From contig JBNKHE010000002.1 in the NCBI GenBank assembly GCA_050290185.1, forward strand, positions 32,001-96,000: a stretch of 64,000 nucleotides of DNA, read 5' to 3'. The translations under genes were made by a program, and so were the position numbers. The notes below the pieces were generated by a model. That model made no database searches, was not told the origin of the DNA, and was given only the letters and a program-made list of their open reading frames with translations. Shown here one piece after another: positions 40,071 to 49,616 of this stretch. This DNA is from Pontiella sp. (lineage in GTDB: Bacteria > Verrucomicrobiota > Kiritimatiellia > Kiritimatiellales > Pontiellaceae). Numbering within the stretch: the stretch's first letter is position 1; each line of letters opens with the position of its first letter.

Positions 40071-41501
40071 CTAGAACGAGACCACCCAGCGTCCGCCGAC
40101 GATGTCCTCGTTCTGAAGTGGATCGTCATGCATCCAATGCTCGTGGTTGATGATGAGCAGGCTGCCGCCCGGCAGTGTGATATTGGGCCCCCAGGTAAAG
40201 CGCTCAATAGTTGCCCCACCATACAATACCGGATTCATAATATTGTCGTAGCGGACCAGCATTGAAATCTTCGGATTGCGCCACAACAGTCCCTCGACCT
40301 CTACGACATGTCCGGAAAAGGTACTCTCCAACGTAGGCGTTGTATCCTCCACGCGTCGCGCATATTCAAAGTATCCACGAATATAATCCCGGTATCGCAG
40401 GGTTACATCCCCACCCTCCAGTTGGTAGTTCGTTGTTGGATTTCCAGAGGCCTGCAGCTCGCCTGTTGCAAACGATCCGCCGAGAACGATCCATGAACTG
40501 CCCAACGTCACGCGCCCACCGAGAGCGGTATTGGAATTGTTGTCGTGCCAACTGCGGCTCGGCGTAAAACCGCCTTCCTGCAGCCCGTTGATCGCGTAGC
40601 CATCCAGCTGGACCGCAAATCCGGCAGGCACAGGAACGCCCAAATGCAGATCAACCCCCTCGTCGGCATAAGGCATGGGCAACACCGGCTCGTAGTAGCC
40701 GACCCGACGCCCCATGTTGTACATCAAGGGATTACTTATCGTTCGGTAGACGCCGGGATGGGCCAGGCCCGAAAACGCTCCGAAAGGAACAATGAAGCGG
40801 CCGGCTTTGGCTTCCAGCTCCACGTCCGAATCCCGCTCGTCCGCACTACGCCCCGTCATCATATGGATCAAATCCGCGGTAAAGCTGCCTTCGACCAGCT
40901 CTGCATTCAATCCACCACTGCCATTGTCGTGGCACGTGGTGCATGCCATCACCTGTGCTCGAAAAGGGCTGTCCTTGGGTCGCCAATCCGCCCCAACCCA
41001 TACATCAGGCGAAAATCCCTCGTTTTCCACCTGCATATCCCCCTTGCGCCAGAGCAGTGAAACCGTACCGTTGACGGTGACAGAAGATTCCGCCAAAACC
41101 GTTTTCACCGGAGGCGTGCGATCCGCGTCGTCCGGGGCGGGTTCGGCTGCGTTTAACGAAGCCAAATAGTCGGTAATGGGTTCGATCTCGCTTTTCAGGA
41201 TATTCGACCCCGTTTTTTCGGACATGCGCCGTACGGTCGCCAGCCACTCTTCGCGGGTTTTTAACTTTGACGTCGCACGCTCCGTATCGTGACACTGCGA
41301 ACATCGATTCAGGAACGCCGCCTGAGCATCCCCTCCGTCTCCGCGATCACCTTGCCCGGTAGCTTCCATCTGCGATAAAAGCGCCGAAGTGGATGGAGAC
41401 GCAGACTGCGTATCCACCCCGTCGCGATCCGCCTCATTCGCCATCGCCAGCGTCGCCATCAAAGTTCCCGCCAGTACAAAACAACAACATCCCCTCTTCA
41501 T
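40071..41501 (-). CDS. c-type cytochrome domain fused to a putative outer-membrane beta-barrel
   Basis: signal peptide; CSQCH and CTTCH; porin-like AGRFIVPFG and DNNSNTALGGRV motifs; C-terminal WVVSF. Confidence 0.75.
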   Translation of the reverse strand: MKRGCCCFVLAGTLMATLAMANEADRDGVDTQSASPSTSALLSQMEATGQGDRGDGGDAQAAFLNRCSQCHDTERATSKLKTREEWLATVRRMSEKTGSNILKSEIEPITDYLASLNAAEPAPDDADRTPPVKTVLAESSVTVNGTVSLLWRKGDMQVENEGFSPDVWVGADWRPKDSPFRAQVMACTTCHDNGSGGLNAELVEGSFTADLIHMMTGRSADERDSDVELEAKAGRFIVPFGAFSGLAHPGVYRTISNPLMYNMGRRVGYYEPVLPMPYADEGVDLHLGVPVPAGFAVQLDGYAINGLQEGGFTPSRSWHDNNSNTALGGRVTLGSSWIVLGGSFATGELQASGNPTTNYQLEGGDVTLRYRDYIRGYFEYARRVEDTTPTLESTFSGHVVEVEGLLWRNPKISMLVRYDNIMNPVLYGGATIERFTWGPNITLPGGSLLIINHEHWMHDDPLQNEDIVGGRWVVSF

Positions 41502-41675
41502 ACCCAGTTCTCCAAAGCTTACTTCACGACTAATATGCTAATCTTATACGCATTAGAAAGCAAGTTCGTGCATCCATTGGGTCAAGGTTCGGCGCGATCA
41601 GGAATACCGCCTAAACCATTGAGCGCATCGCCCATCCCTGATAGAACCCGAATGTTCGTTGACGAAGGATACCCC

Positions 41676-43799
41676 ATGAATGTATGTCAGTCCGTATTTA
41701 GCACCTGCGCTTCGGCCATCCTCCTGCTGGGCACACAAGCTTGCGCAACCGTCGCACCCGAAGGCTTGATGATCGAATTCCTGCAAGGGCCCAAGGTTGA
41801 AAACATTGCCGATCCCACCCCCGAGTTTGGTTGGATCGTCCCCTCTTCGGAAAAGAATGCGATGCAGACGGCCTACCGTGTATTGGTGGCGAGCAGCCCC
41901 GATCTTCTCGCGGAAGGCCGTGCGGATCTATGGGACAGCGGCAAGGTTGGATCGGCTCAATCGATCAACGTGCCCTACGGCGGCAAGGCGTTGGAACCCG
42001 GAAAAACCGCGTTTTGGAAGGTGAAGACCTGGACGGACCAGGACGAAGAGAGCGGTTGGTCAAGCGTGCAAGAGTTTTCCATGGGTCAGCCGTCCACCGA
42101 CTACACGGCCACCCGCTATGCCCTGGTGCAGGAGGAAATCGCGCCGGTGAAGGTTACGAGGAAGAACGGCACCTATCTAATCGATTTCGGCAAGGTGGCC
42201 TTTGGCTATCTCCGCCTCGACATCAACTCTCCCAAGGACCAGCAAATCACCATCCACTTTGGGGAAAAAGGCAACGACAATGGCATCGACCGGAAACCCG
42301 GAGGAACCATCCGCTACTACGAAGTAAAGGCATCGCTGAGCAAAGGCGAAAACAAGCTCGATGTCCATGCGCCGCAAGATGGCCGGAACACGGGGAAAGA
42401 CGCCATCAAGATCCCCGCATCGATCGGTGTGATTGAACCGTTCCGCTACATCGAAATCGAGGATTGTCCCATTTCCTTGGATGAATCAATGATCCGACAA
42501 GTGGTTGTGCATTATCCCTTCGACGAAACCGCCTCCAGCTTTGAATCGGACAACGACCTGCTGAACCAAATCTGGGATCTATGCAAACACAGCATGAAGG
42601 CCACCAGTTTCTGCGGCGTGTATGTCGACGGCGACCGCGAGCGCATCCCCTATGAAGCCGATGCCTACATCAACCAGCTTTCGCACTATGCCGTCGACCG
42701 CGAATTTTCGATCGCGCGCTACAGCCATGAATATCTGCTCCGGCATTCCACCTGGCCCACCGAATGGAAGCAACATTCCGTCATGCTGGCATGGGCTGAC
42801 TACATGTATACCGGCAATACGGAATCGCTCGAAAAAAACTATGCTGTGCTGAAGAAGGACAAGACGCTTGAGTGGCGCGCACGCGAAGATGGCCTGCTGA
42901 AAACCGATGGAATGGCTAACCGCAACGACATCGTCGATTGGCCCGAGGGCGAACGCGACGGATACGACCGCCGCGAGGTCAACACGGTCATCAATTCGTT
43001 CTACTACCTTAATCTAAATCAAATGGCCGACATGGCCAAGGCGCTCGGCAAGAATGCCGAAGCGGAGGATTATCGAAAAAAAGCCGAAACAGTTAAAAAG
43101 CGCTTTAACGAGGTGCTGTTTGACGACGATAAATACATCGACGGCGAGGACTCGCACCACTCGGCCCTGCACGCCAACATGCTGCCGCTGGCCGTCGGAC
43201 TCGTTCCAGAAGATCAGGTTAAATCGGTGGCCGATTTCGTTATTTCCCGCGACATGGCCTGCAGCGTCTACGGCGCGCAGTATCTGCTGGAAGGACTGTA
43301 TAAAGCCGACGAAGCACAGGCCGCCCTCGACCTGATGACTTCGACGAAAAAGCGCAGCTGGTACAACATGATCGACGCCGGCTCGACCATCACGATGGAA
43401 GCGTGGGACAACGAGTTCAAACCCAACCAGGATTGGAACCATGCGTGGGGCGCCGCCCCGGCCAATATCATTTCCCGCTACCTGCTCGGCGTCCGCCCGC
43501 TCGAACCCGGATTTGCAAAAGCGCTGATCCAGCCGCAACCCGCCTCGTTGAAAAACGTGAAGGGCGTCGTCCCGACCATCCGCGGGCCGATCACGGTTAT
43601 CATCAAGAACGAAGACCGCAAGTTCATGATGGGCGTCGAAATCCCCGCCAACATGACTGCCAAGATCGGCATCCCGCACATCAACAAATCTTCGGACACC
43701 GTGCAGCTCGACGGCAAACCGGTGACGGCAGAGGTTGGCGGCGCATATCTCTACATAGACAACGTCGGCTCCGGCCAGCACATGATTATTGCACAGTAG
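41676..43799 (+). CDS. GH78 alpha-L-rhamnosidase-like glycoside hydrolase
   Basis: QTAYRVLVAS..LWDSGKV, IDFGKVAFG, YVDGDRERIPYEAD, IVDWP, TMEAW, WNHAWGAAP, VPTIRG. Confidence 0.92.
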   Translation: MNVCQSVFSTCASAILLLGTQACATVAPEGLMIEFLQGPKVENIADPTPEFGWIVPSSEKNAMQTAYRVLVASSPDLLAEGRADLWDSGKVGSAQSINVPYGGKALEPGKTAFWKVKTWTDQDEESGWSSVQEFSMGQPSTDYTATRYALVQEEIAPVKVTRKNGTYLIDFGKVAFGYLRLDINSPKDQQITIHFGEKGNDNGIDRKPGGTIRYYEVKASLSKGENKLDVHAPQDGRNTGKDAIKIPASIGVIEPFRYIEIEDCPISLDESMIRQVVVHYPFDETASSFESDNDLLNQIWDLCKHSMKATSFCGVYVDGDRERIPYEADAYINQLSHYAVDREFSIARYSHEYLLRHSTWPTEWKQHSVMLAWADYMYTGNTESLEKNYAVLKKDKTLEWRAREDGLLKTDGMANRNDIVDWPEGERDGYDRREVNTVINSFYYLNLNQMADMAKALGKNAEAEDYRKKAETVKKRFNEVLFDDDKYIDGEDSHHSALHANMLPLAVGLVPEDQVKSVADFVISRDMACSVYGAQYLLEGLYKADEAQAALDLMTSTKKRSWYNMIDAGSTITMEAWDNEFKPNQDWNHAWGAAPANIISRYLLGVRPLEPGFAKALIQPQPASLKNVKGVVPTIRGPITVIIKNEDRKFMMGVEIPANMTAKIGIPHINKSSDTVQLDGKPVTAEVGGAYLYIDNVGSGQHMIIAQ

Positions 43800-43844
43800 A
43801 CAACGGGAACGAAATGGCAACCCAATGGCTTCGCTCGAACAAGG

Positions 43845-44924
43845 TCAATAAGCTTCCCCCCGACGATATTTTTCAAGCGTTTGCCTAAATAAGTCCTGCG
43901 TTGCTTTCGAGTGATTTTCCTTATCGGCAAAATCAACAACCGTTTGTTGGAGATATATCGCATAATCAAACTGCCCGTTTTCTGCATAAGCAGCTGCCAG
44001 CTTTGTTCTCCATGCAGTGTATCTGAGAGAGACTCCGCAAACGATTGCCCGATCTGCATATTCAGCAGCCAAGGCCCCGTTTCGCTTCGATTTATCTTCA
44101 TTGGCTCCATAGTATCCTGCCAACCAAGTCAAACAGCCCGGACTGTCTTCTTCAGCGCCTTTCTTGAGCCATTCCAACGCCAAGGCATCGCTTTTTTCTA
44201 ATCCATGTCCTCCCTTAAAATATAACTCGGCCATGGAGGGCACAGCACTGTAGTCGCCGTCTGAGCAGCTTTTTTTATAGTATTTTACAGCCTTTGCATA
44301 ATCGGCTTGCGGCCCTCCCCGAGATCCTGACTCGTATGTTAGACCAATGCAATAATAAGCCTTCAAGGTCCCCTTTTTCCCTGCTCTTTCCAGCAATTCT
44401 ATGGCTTTTTTATATTTACGCTCTTTATGCAACCGCATGCCCTCAAAATATTCTTTTGCCTTTTTTCCCGCAATAAAAGGGCGATTTCGAGGGTGTATAG
44501 GATTTTCATTCCATTCAATTTCATTATGCAATTCCTCGGGAATGGAGATTTCATACATTGGTTGGATACCCCCTCCTCCAAGCCCATATATGCGCAAGAC
44601 CACACCAGCGGGAACAGAATCCAAGCAATATCCCGGAAGACGAATCCTTTTCTCCCCATTGGGTGGAATGCTGCCAATAAATTGATCCAGTCCAAAAGCA
44701 TACATACTGGTCTCACGGGCCTTACTCCTACAATACACCCGATAATCCATGTACAGGTTTTCGAGTTTCTCACCATCCAGGTTCTTTAGAACCACTTCAT
44801 AGTAAGCCCCCTTGGCCCCCCCATCCATTTGCTCGGCGGAAACAGCCAGATATTCCCTACCCGACGAAACAGTGGCTCCCATCATGAAACACACAAGCAG
44901 TCTTGCCGTGAATACCCTCATCAT
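43845..44924 (-). CDS. secreted Sel1-like repeat protein
   Basis: signal peptide; IGLTYESG..DYAKAVKYYKKS, MAELYFKGG..ALEWLKKGAE, LAAAYAENGQFDYA; AT-rich. Confidence 0.85.
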   Translation of the reverse strand: MMRVFTARLLVCFMMGATVSSGREYLAVSAEQMDGGAKGAYYEVVLKNLDGEKLENLYMDYRVYCRSKARETSMYAFGLDQFIGSIPPNGEKRIRLPGYCLDSVPAGVVLRIYGLGGGGIQPMYEISIPEELHNEIEWNENPIHPRNRPFIAGKKAKEYFEGMRLHKERKYKKAIELLERAGKKGTLKAYYCIGLTYESGSRGGPQADYAKAVKYYKKSCSDGDYSAVPSMAELYFKGGHGLEKSDALALEWLKKGAEEDSPGCLTWLAGYYGANEDKSKRNGALAAEYADRAIVCGVSLRYTAWRTKLAAAYAENGQFDYAIYLQQTVVDFADKENHSKATQDLFRQTLEKYRRGEAY

Positions 44925-44981
44925 ACCCCCCTTTTTAGTTTTAGTCTTTTTCTAACCCTATTTGCTCCAGCGATTAAATAT

Positions 44982-45072
44982 TATTCTACGAAGAATTTTA
45001 TTGTGAAAGCACCAGCTTCCCGCAGAAGAATAGGATGCTTGTCCGATAGTTTTTAACGGTTCTAAAGCCGCG
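44982..45072 (-). mobile_element. ISL3-family transposase C-terminal remnant with degenerate terminal repeat
   Basis: minus strand RGFRTVKNYRTSILFFCGKLVLSQ* resembles ISL3 C-termini (ARGFR...YR..ILF.CG.L); tattctacgaagaatt resembles a GGTTCT-type ISL3 end. Confidence 0.65.
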
Positions 45073-45167
45073 GTCAAACTCGGCATCATGCCGCGTCCAG
45101 AAGTGCCGAAACATCTCTTTATAGGTACCATGCATTGGCAGCGCCAAGCTCGGCCTTGACCCGCGAA

Positions 45168-45453
45168 TCGACTTGATGACCTCGAAGGAAAAGCGCAGCT
45201 GGTTTAACATGATCGACGCCGGCTCGACCATTACTTTGCAAAGGCGCTGATCCAGCCGAAGCCGGCTTCGCTCAAGAACGTGAAGAGCGTCGAAATCCCC
45301 GTCAACATGACCGCCAGGACCGGCGTGCCGCGCGTGAATAAATCATCCCTCTCCGTATTGGTTGACGGAGAAACGGTTCAGGCAGTAGCGGAAGGCGACA
45401 CCCTGTTCGTAGACAGCATCGGTTCCGGTCAGCACATGATCCTAGTGCAGCAG
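45168..45453 (+). pseudogene. decayed copy of the GH78 3' end
   Basis: DLMTSKEKRSWFNMIDAGSTIT / FAKALIQPKPASLKNVK / VEIPVNMTA...GSGQHMI aligns with 43327-43799, with two internal deletions and a frameshift. Confidence 0.9.
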
Positions 45454-45464
45454 CCTAAATATGG

Positions 45465-45488
45465 AAGCGACGAGGGCGGCGCGTCTAC
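45465..45488 (-). repeat. single GTAG REP-like unit
   Basis: GTAGACGCGCCGCCCTCGTCGCTT; similar to the units at 47769-47830. Confidence 0.6.
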
Positions 45489-45513
45489 ATTCCAGTTGAC
45501 GAACTCGCATCCC

Positions 45514-47349
45514 CTAAAAATCAACATCGGAGTGCAGGCGGGTTTCGAGCATGGGTCGGGCAAATTCCCATCCTTTCGCAAGGGCGTGGATATCATGCTT
45601 GATGCGGGTGGTTTCCTTGAAGCGATCCTCGTTGGAGAGGTCGGCTCGCCTGGCAAGCGCCGCCTGCTCGCCTTCAAGGTGGCGTTTCCAGAATATAAGG
45701 ATATAGCGTTGAGCCAGCTCCACCGGCAAGGTTTCGGCATCAATCGTACGCGACTCCTCCACCTGCGCACGGCTGATTACCTTCTGGGTTTCCCCATCGA
45801 ACTCATGAAAGCCGTCGGTAAGTGTTTCGGGCGCATCGAGCATCAGAATTTCAACCAGCTTTCTGCAGGTTGGGTCCGTTAGCAGATTGGGCGGAAGAAA
45901 GTCGTGTACCAGCGGGTGGACCTCGTGGTAGTGATGAAGTAGCAGCTCCAGCAGCGCGGTCTCCTGCCGTGGATAGGTTTTTTGCTTGGCAACCGCCGGA
46001 ACTGCAGTCTTTTCCCTGGGTGCCGAGGATCGCTGCTGGCGTTGCACTCTTTTTAAATCCTGACTGAGCGCGAGTGGCGAAATATTCAACCGGTCAGCAG
46101 CGCTGTGGATCATCGGATCCCGGCGGGCGGCGGAAGGGCAATGGGCAAGATACTTGAGCACGGCCTGCACCACGCGCATGCGCCCGGCTTCGGTCCCGGC
46201 GTTCTCCTGCTTCTGAAAGGCATCGATCAGGAAGTCGAGCGCCGACGGCGCTTCCGCGACCAGCGCCGTAAGCGATTCAGGGCCCTTTTTCCGAATCAGA
46301 GAATCGGGATCTTCGCCTTCCGGCAAGGTGACGACGCGAACCGCCAGTTCGGTGGCGATAAAGATTTCGGACGAAGCGAGAGCGGCCTTGATCCCGGCGG
46401 CGTCGGCATCGAGTACGAGGATGACCTCGTCGGCGTGGCGCTTGATGAGCCGGGCATGGTTTTCGGTGAGCGCAGTACCCTGCGAGGCCACCACATTTTC
46501 AAGCCCGGCCTGATGGCAGCGGATGGCATCGATCTGCCCTTCCACCACGATGGCCTGATGCGCATCAACAATGGCCTTGCGCGCCTTGTCGAAGGCGTAG
46601 AGCACCTGGTTTTTCTTGAACAGCAGGGTTTCCGGGCTGTTGACATATTTCGCGCCCTTCTCGGCCTTGTTCATGATACGGCCGCTGAAACCGATGACGC
46701 GCCCGATCTGGTCGCAGATCGGAAACATGATGCGGTTGCGGAAGCGGTCATAGTGGCGGGTCTGCCCCCCGCGTTCCGAGGGAACCACGAGGCCGGCGGT
46801 TTCGAGCTGTTCGGCTTTGTAGCCTTTTTTGAGTGCGCGCGAAAGCAACCCTTCCCAATCGTTGGGGGCATAGCCGATCTGGAACTGCTTGACGAGATCC
46901 GGAGGCAGGTCGCGCTCTTCGAGATAGCGGCGGGCATCGGCGGCGTCGGGGCTGTCTAGCAACATGCGGTGGTAGAAGGCGGCGGCATCGGTATGGAGCT
47001 TGTAGAGTACGTCCTTGTTTCCGCCTTTCTCAGGCTGGCCGCCACCCTCGTACTTGACTTCGACTCCGGCGCGCTCGGCGAGAATGCTGACGGCGGTAAC
47101 AAAATCAACTTTTTCATAGTCCATCACGAAGCGGAAAACGTCCCCGCCGGCGTTGCAACCAAAGCAGTGAAAGATCTGACGGGCATCATTGACGGTAAAA
47201 GAAGGCGTCTTTTCCTGATGGAACGGGCAATTGCACTTGTAGGTGGATCCACGGCGACGCAACTGCGGCAGATACGCCCCCACCACCTCCACAATGCTGC
47301 AGCGGGCCCGTATCTCTTCAATTGTTTCTTTCGATATGATCGCCATCAC
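45514..47349 (-). CDS. dnaG: DNA primase
   Basis: CPFHQEKTPSF..FHCFGC, DRFRNRIMFPI, KYVNSPET, VVEGQID, LDADAAG, GEDPD. Confidence 0.97.
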   Translation of the reverse strand: MMAIISKETIEEIRARCSIVEVVGAYLPQLRRRGSTYKCNCPFHQEKTPSFTVNDARQIFHCFGCNAGGDVFRFVMDYEKVDFVTAVSILAERAGVEVKYEGGGQPEKGGNKDVLYKLHTDAAAFYHRMLLDSPDAADARRYLEERDLPPDLVKQFQIGYAPNDWEGLLSRALKKGYKAEQLETAGLVVPSERGGQTRHYDRFRNRIMFPICDQIGRVIGFSGRIMNKAEKGAKYVNSPETLLFKKNQVLYAFDKARKAIVDAHQAIVVEGQIDAIRCHQAGLENVVASQGTALTENHARLIKRHADEVILVLDADAAGIKAALASSEIFIATELAVRVVTLPEGEDPDSLIRKKGPESLTALVAEAPSALDFLIDAFQKQENAGTEAGRMRVVQAVLKYLAHCPSAARRDPMIHSAADRLNISPLALSQDLKRVQRQQRSSAPREKTAVPAVAKQKTYPRQETALLELLLHHYHEVHPLVHDFLPPNLLTDPTCRKLVEILMLDAPETLTDGFHEFDGETQKVISRAQVEESRTIDAETLPVELAQRYILIFWKRHLEGEQAALARRADLSNEDRFKETTRIKHDIHALAKGWEFARPMLETRLHSDVDF

Positions 47350-47473
47350 CTAGCAATAGCGGAACCCCGCTCCCCCCTCAATCCTGCGCACTAGAATTTT
47401 GCGGCGGAAGGTTGAAGTGGATCGGCCAACTGCCTATGGTTGCGATACTTCTCTCGAAACCAGGGATTGCTGG

Positions 47474-47767
47474 ATGAAACTACCGAAACTTCAAGACCTG
47501 AACAACGAACGCTTTCTGGACGAGGCCTTCAATCCCGAAACCAATGCGGTATGGATTCGTGCCGTCCGCCTGCGCCGGAACGTTTACCTATGGCTCTTCC
47601 TGACCGGTATCGGATGCCTCTTTATCACGGCCTTTACCCATCAAATCCACATGAGTATCCTGTCGCTCTTTCTGGCTACCCTGTCGCTGGTGGTGATGAC
47701 AAAATACGACACGCAGCTCCGCTTCCTGACCAAGCTCAAGCTTCGGGAAGTGAAGGAGCAGGACTAA
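47474..47767 (+). CDS. small hypothetical membrane protein (2 TM)
   Basis: 97-aa ORF with two hydrophobic helices. Confidence 0.65.
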   Translation: MKLPKLQDLNNERFLDEAFNPETNAVWIRAVRLRRNVYLWLFLTGIGCLFITAFTHQIHMSILSLFLATLSLVVMTKYDTQLRFLTKLKLREVKEQD

Positions 47768-47768
47768 C

Positions 47769-47830
47769 GTAGAAGCGACGCCCTCATCGCTTTATCCATC
47801 CGCAGAACGCGACGGGAGCAACGCGTCTAC
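47769..47830. repeat. inverted GTAG REP pair (REPIN-like)
   Basis: GTAGAAGCGACGCCCTCATCGCTT ... ACGCGACGGGAGCAACGCGTCTAC. Confidence 0.7.
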
Positions 47831-47910
47831 AATCCATTCATCAGACGAAATGAGCCGGATTACCTGAAATGGCGGCGGGACGGTACTCCCCTGCAAGCGA
47901 TCGCTTTAAG

Positions 47911-48429
47911 TTATTCCGGGATGAAGAGCTTTTGGCCGACGTAAATGTTGTCGTTCTTGAGGTTGTTGGCCTTCTTGATGGCTTCAACGGAGGTGCCGTA
48001 GGCCTGCGCGATGGCGGAGAGGGTATGCCCCTTTTCCACTACATGTTCATGGCCGGCGCCATGACTGGGCGTGGACGTACGCGGTGATGCGACGGCCTTG
48101 TTCAGCAGTTTTTCCACGCGGCTGACGAGTTCCTTCATTTCACGGGCCTGCTTGGATTCGAGCGCCTGCATATTATGGTTCAGCTGCGTAATCTGGCTGT
48201 TGCAGGAACGGACCTGCTCCTGCAGCTGCTGAATTTGCTGAATCAGATTGCCATATTCCATTTCCACCGATTCCACCCGGCCCTGAACTTTGTACATCCG
48301 TTCTTCGCTCACGCGGGCGGCGGCCTGCTGGCGCGCAGCCGCCTGCTGGCGCTGCTGCGGCGTTTGAATGGTTTCGCAGCCGGATAGCACGGCCAGCACG
48401 GGCAAGGCAATCAACACTCTGGTTTTCAT
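47911..48429 (-). CDS. LysM-domain lipoprotein with coiled coil
   Basis: lipobox VLSG-C; HVVEKGHTLSAIAQAYGTSVEAIKKANNL..IYVGQKLFIP. Confidence 0.92.
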   Translation of the reverse strand: MKTRVLIALPVLAVLSGCETIQTPQQRQQAAARQQAAARVSEERMYKVQGRVESVEMEYGNLIQQIQQLQEQVRSCNSQITQLNHNMQALESKQAREMKELVSRVEKLLNKAVASPRTSTPSHGAGHEHVVEKGHTLSAIAQAYGTSVEAIKKANNLKNDNIYVGQKLFIPE

Positions 48430-48493
48430 CGGAGCACCTCTCTTTTAATATCGTTTCGTTTAAAGCTCGTTGCTTGTTTTTACACACGGCCCA

Positions 48494-49486
48494 TCAGGGC
48501 TTCCACTGGTACAGAAACCGGGGCGAATCGAAGGCGTTCATGCCGGGGATTGCCGGCATTTTTGAACCCAGCAAGGAATCCAAAAAGCCCTTCTCTTCGG
48601 AGTAGCGTACGATATACAGCTCCTGCCCTCCCAGCAAATCCTGCAACGCATTGACCGCTTCAAGCCAGTAGCCGATCGCATCGATAAATCCGAGTTCCTG
48701 CGCTTTTTCAGCGGTAAAAACACGTCCATCAAGCAATTCCCGGCTTTCAAGGCCTCTGGATTCCATAACAATCGATGCAAAGCGGTTCTGCATTTCATCC
48801 ACCAGCCCCTGTAGCATTTCCACGTGCTGCGGGTTTACCGCCTCCAAAGGATTCAGCATATCCTTGTTTTCGCCCGATGCGATGGTGACGGACTTCAGCC
48901 CGATCATATCGCCCAGTTCTTTCATGTTGTAGGAGTGCATAATCACCCCGACCGATCCAACAATAGCGGTAGGTTCAGCGATGATATAGTCGCCGGCCAT
49001 GGACGCATAGTAGGCGCCCGACGCCCCCAGGCTGCGGATGAACACCACCACTTTCCGGCCTTCAGCGCTCTGCTTGAACAGTTGCAGGGCAGTGTAGATT
49101 TCGTCGCTCGGGGTTACGGCGCCGCCGGGGGAATCGACTTCCAGCAGAATCGCCTTCACATCCGGATCGTTCCGGGCCACCAGGATCTGGGAAAGGATGG
49201 ATTCGACCATGTCGGGATCGCTGCCGAGCAGACGCTCGTGCTGGCCGCGCATGATCACCCCGGACAACTCGATGCGCACCACCTTGTTTGCCATGGCTTC
49301 GCGGCTGCCGTACGACCAGACCTCCTCAAATACCGGTGTTTCATCGACGGGATAATCGGGCTCAGAACCCGATGCCCCCGAAGCCACCATGGCCAGTATT
49401 CCGATATTGGCAAGTGCGCTCCAGAATAACGCTATCGATAGTAGCGTGATCGCGATCCAGTATCCGATTGATGAGCCTTTGGCCAT
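48494..49486 (-). CDS. sppA: signal peptide peptidase (S49 family)
   Basis: VDSPGG, ASGAYY, GSVGVI, SGENKD, DGRVFTA. Confidence 0.92.
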   Translation of the reverse strand: MAKGSSIGYWIAITLLSIALFWSALANIGILAMVASGASGSEPDYPVDETPVFEEVWSYGSREAMANKVVRIELSGVIMRGQHERLLGSDPDMVESILSQILVARNDPDVKAILLEVDSPGGAVTPSDEIYTALQLFKQSAEGRKVVVFIRSLGASGAYYASMAGDYIIAEPTAIVGSVGVIMHSYNMKELGDMIGLKSVTIASGENKDMLNPLEAVNPQHVEMLQGLVDEMQNRFASIVMESRGLESRELLDGRVFTAEKAQELGFIDAIGYWLEAVNALQDLLGGQELYIVRYSEEKGFLDSLLGSKMPAIPGMNAFDSPRFLYQWKP

Positions 49487-49616
49487 GAATTTTCTCCATT
49501 GTGCTGAATATCGGGACACCATAGAGCTTCGCCCCCTTTATTTGAATAAATAAATTCCATTGGCCGCGATAAATCGGCTAGTTTCTGGCCTGTTTGAAAT
49601 AATCGAGGAGCAGGAT

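Noticed and set aside
45280..45882. 200-aa plus-strand ORF
   Set aside because: Read-through of the GH78 pseudo-tail into antisense dnaG; not a credible gene
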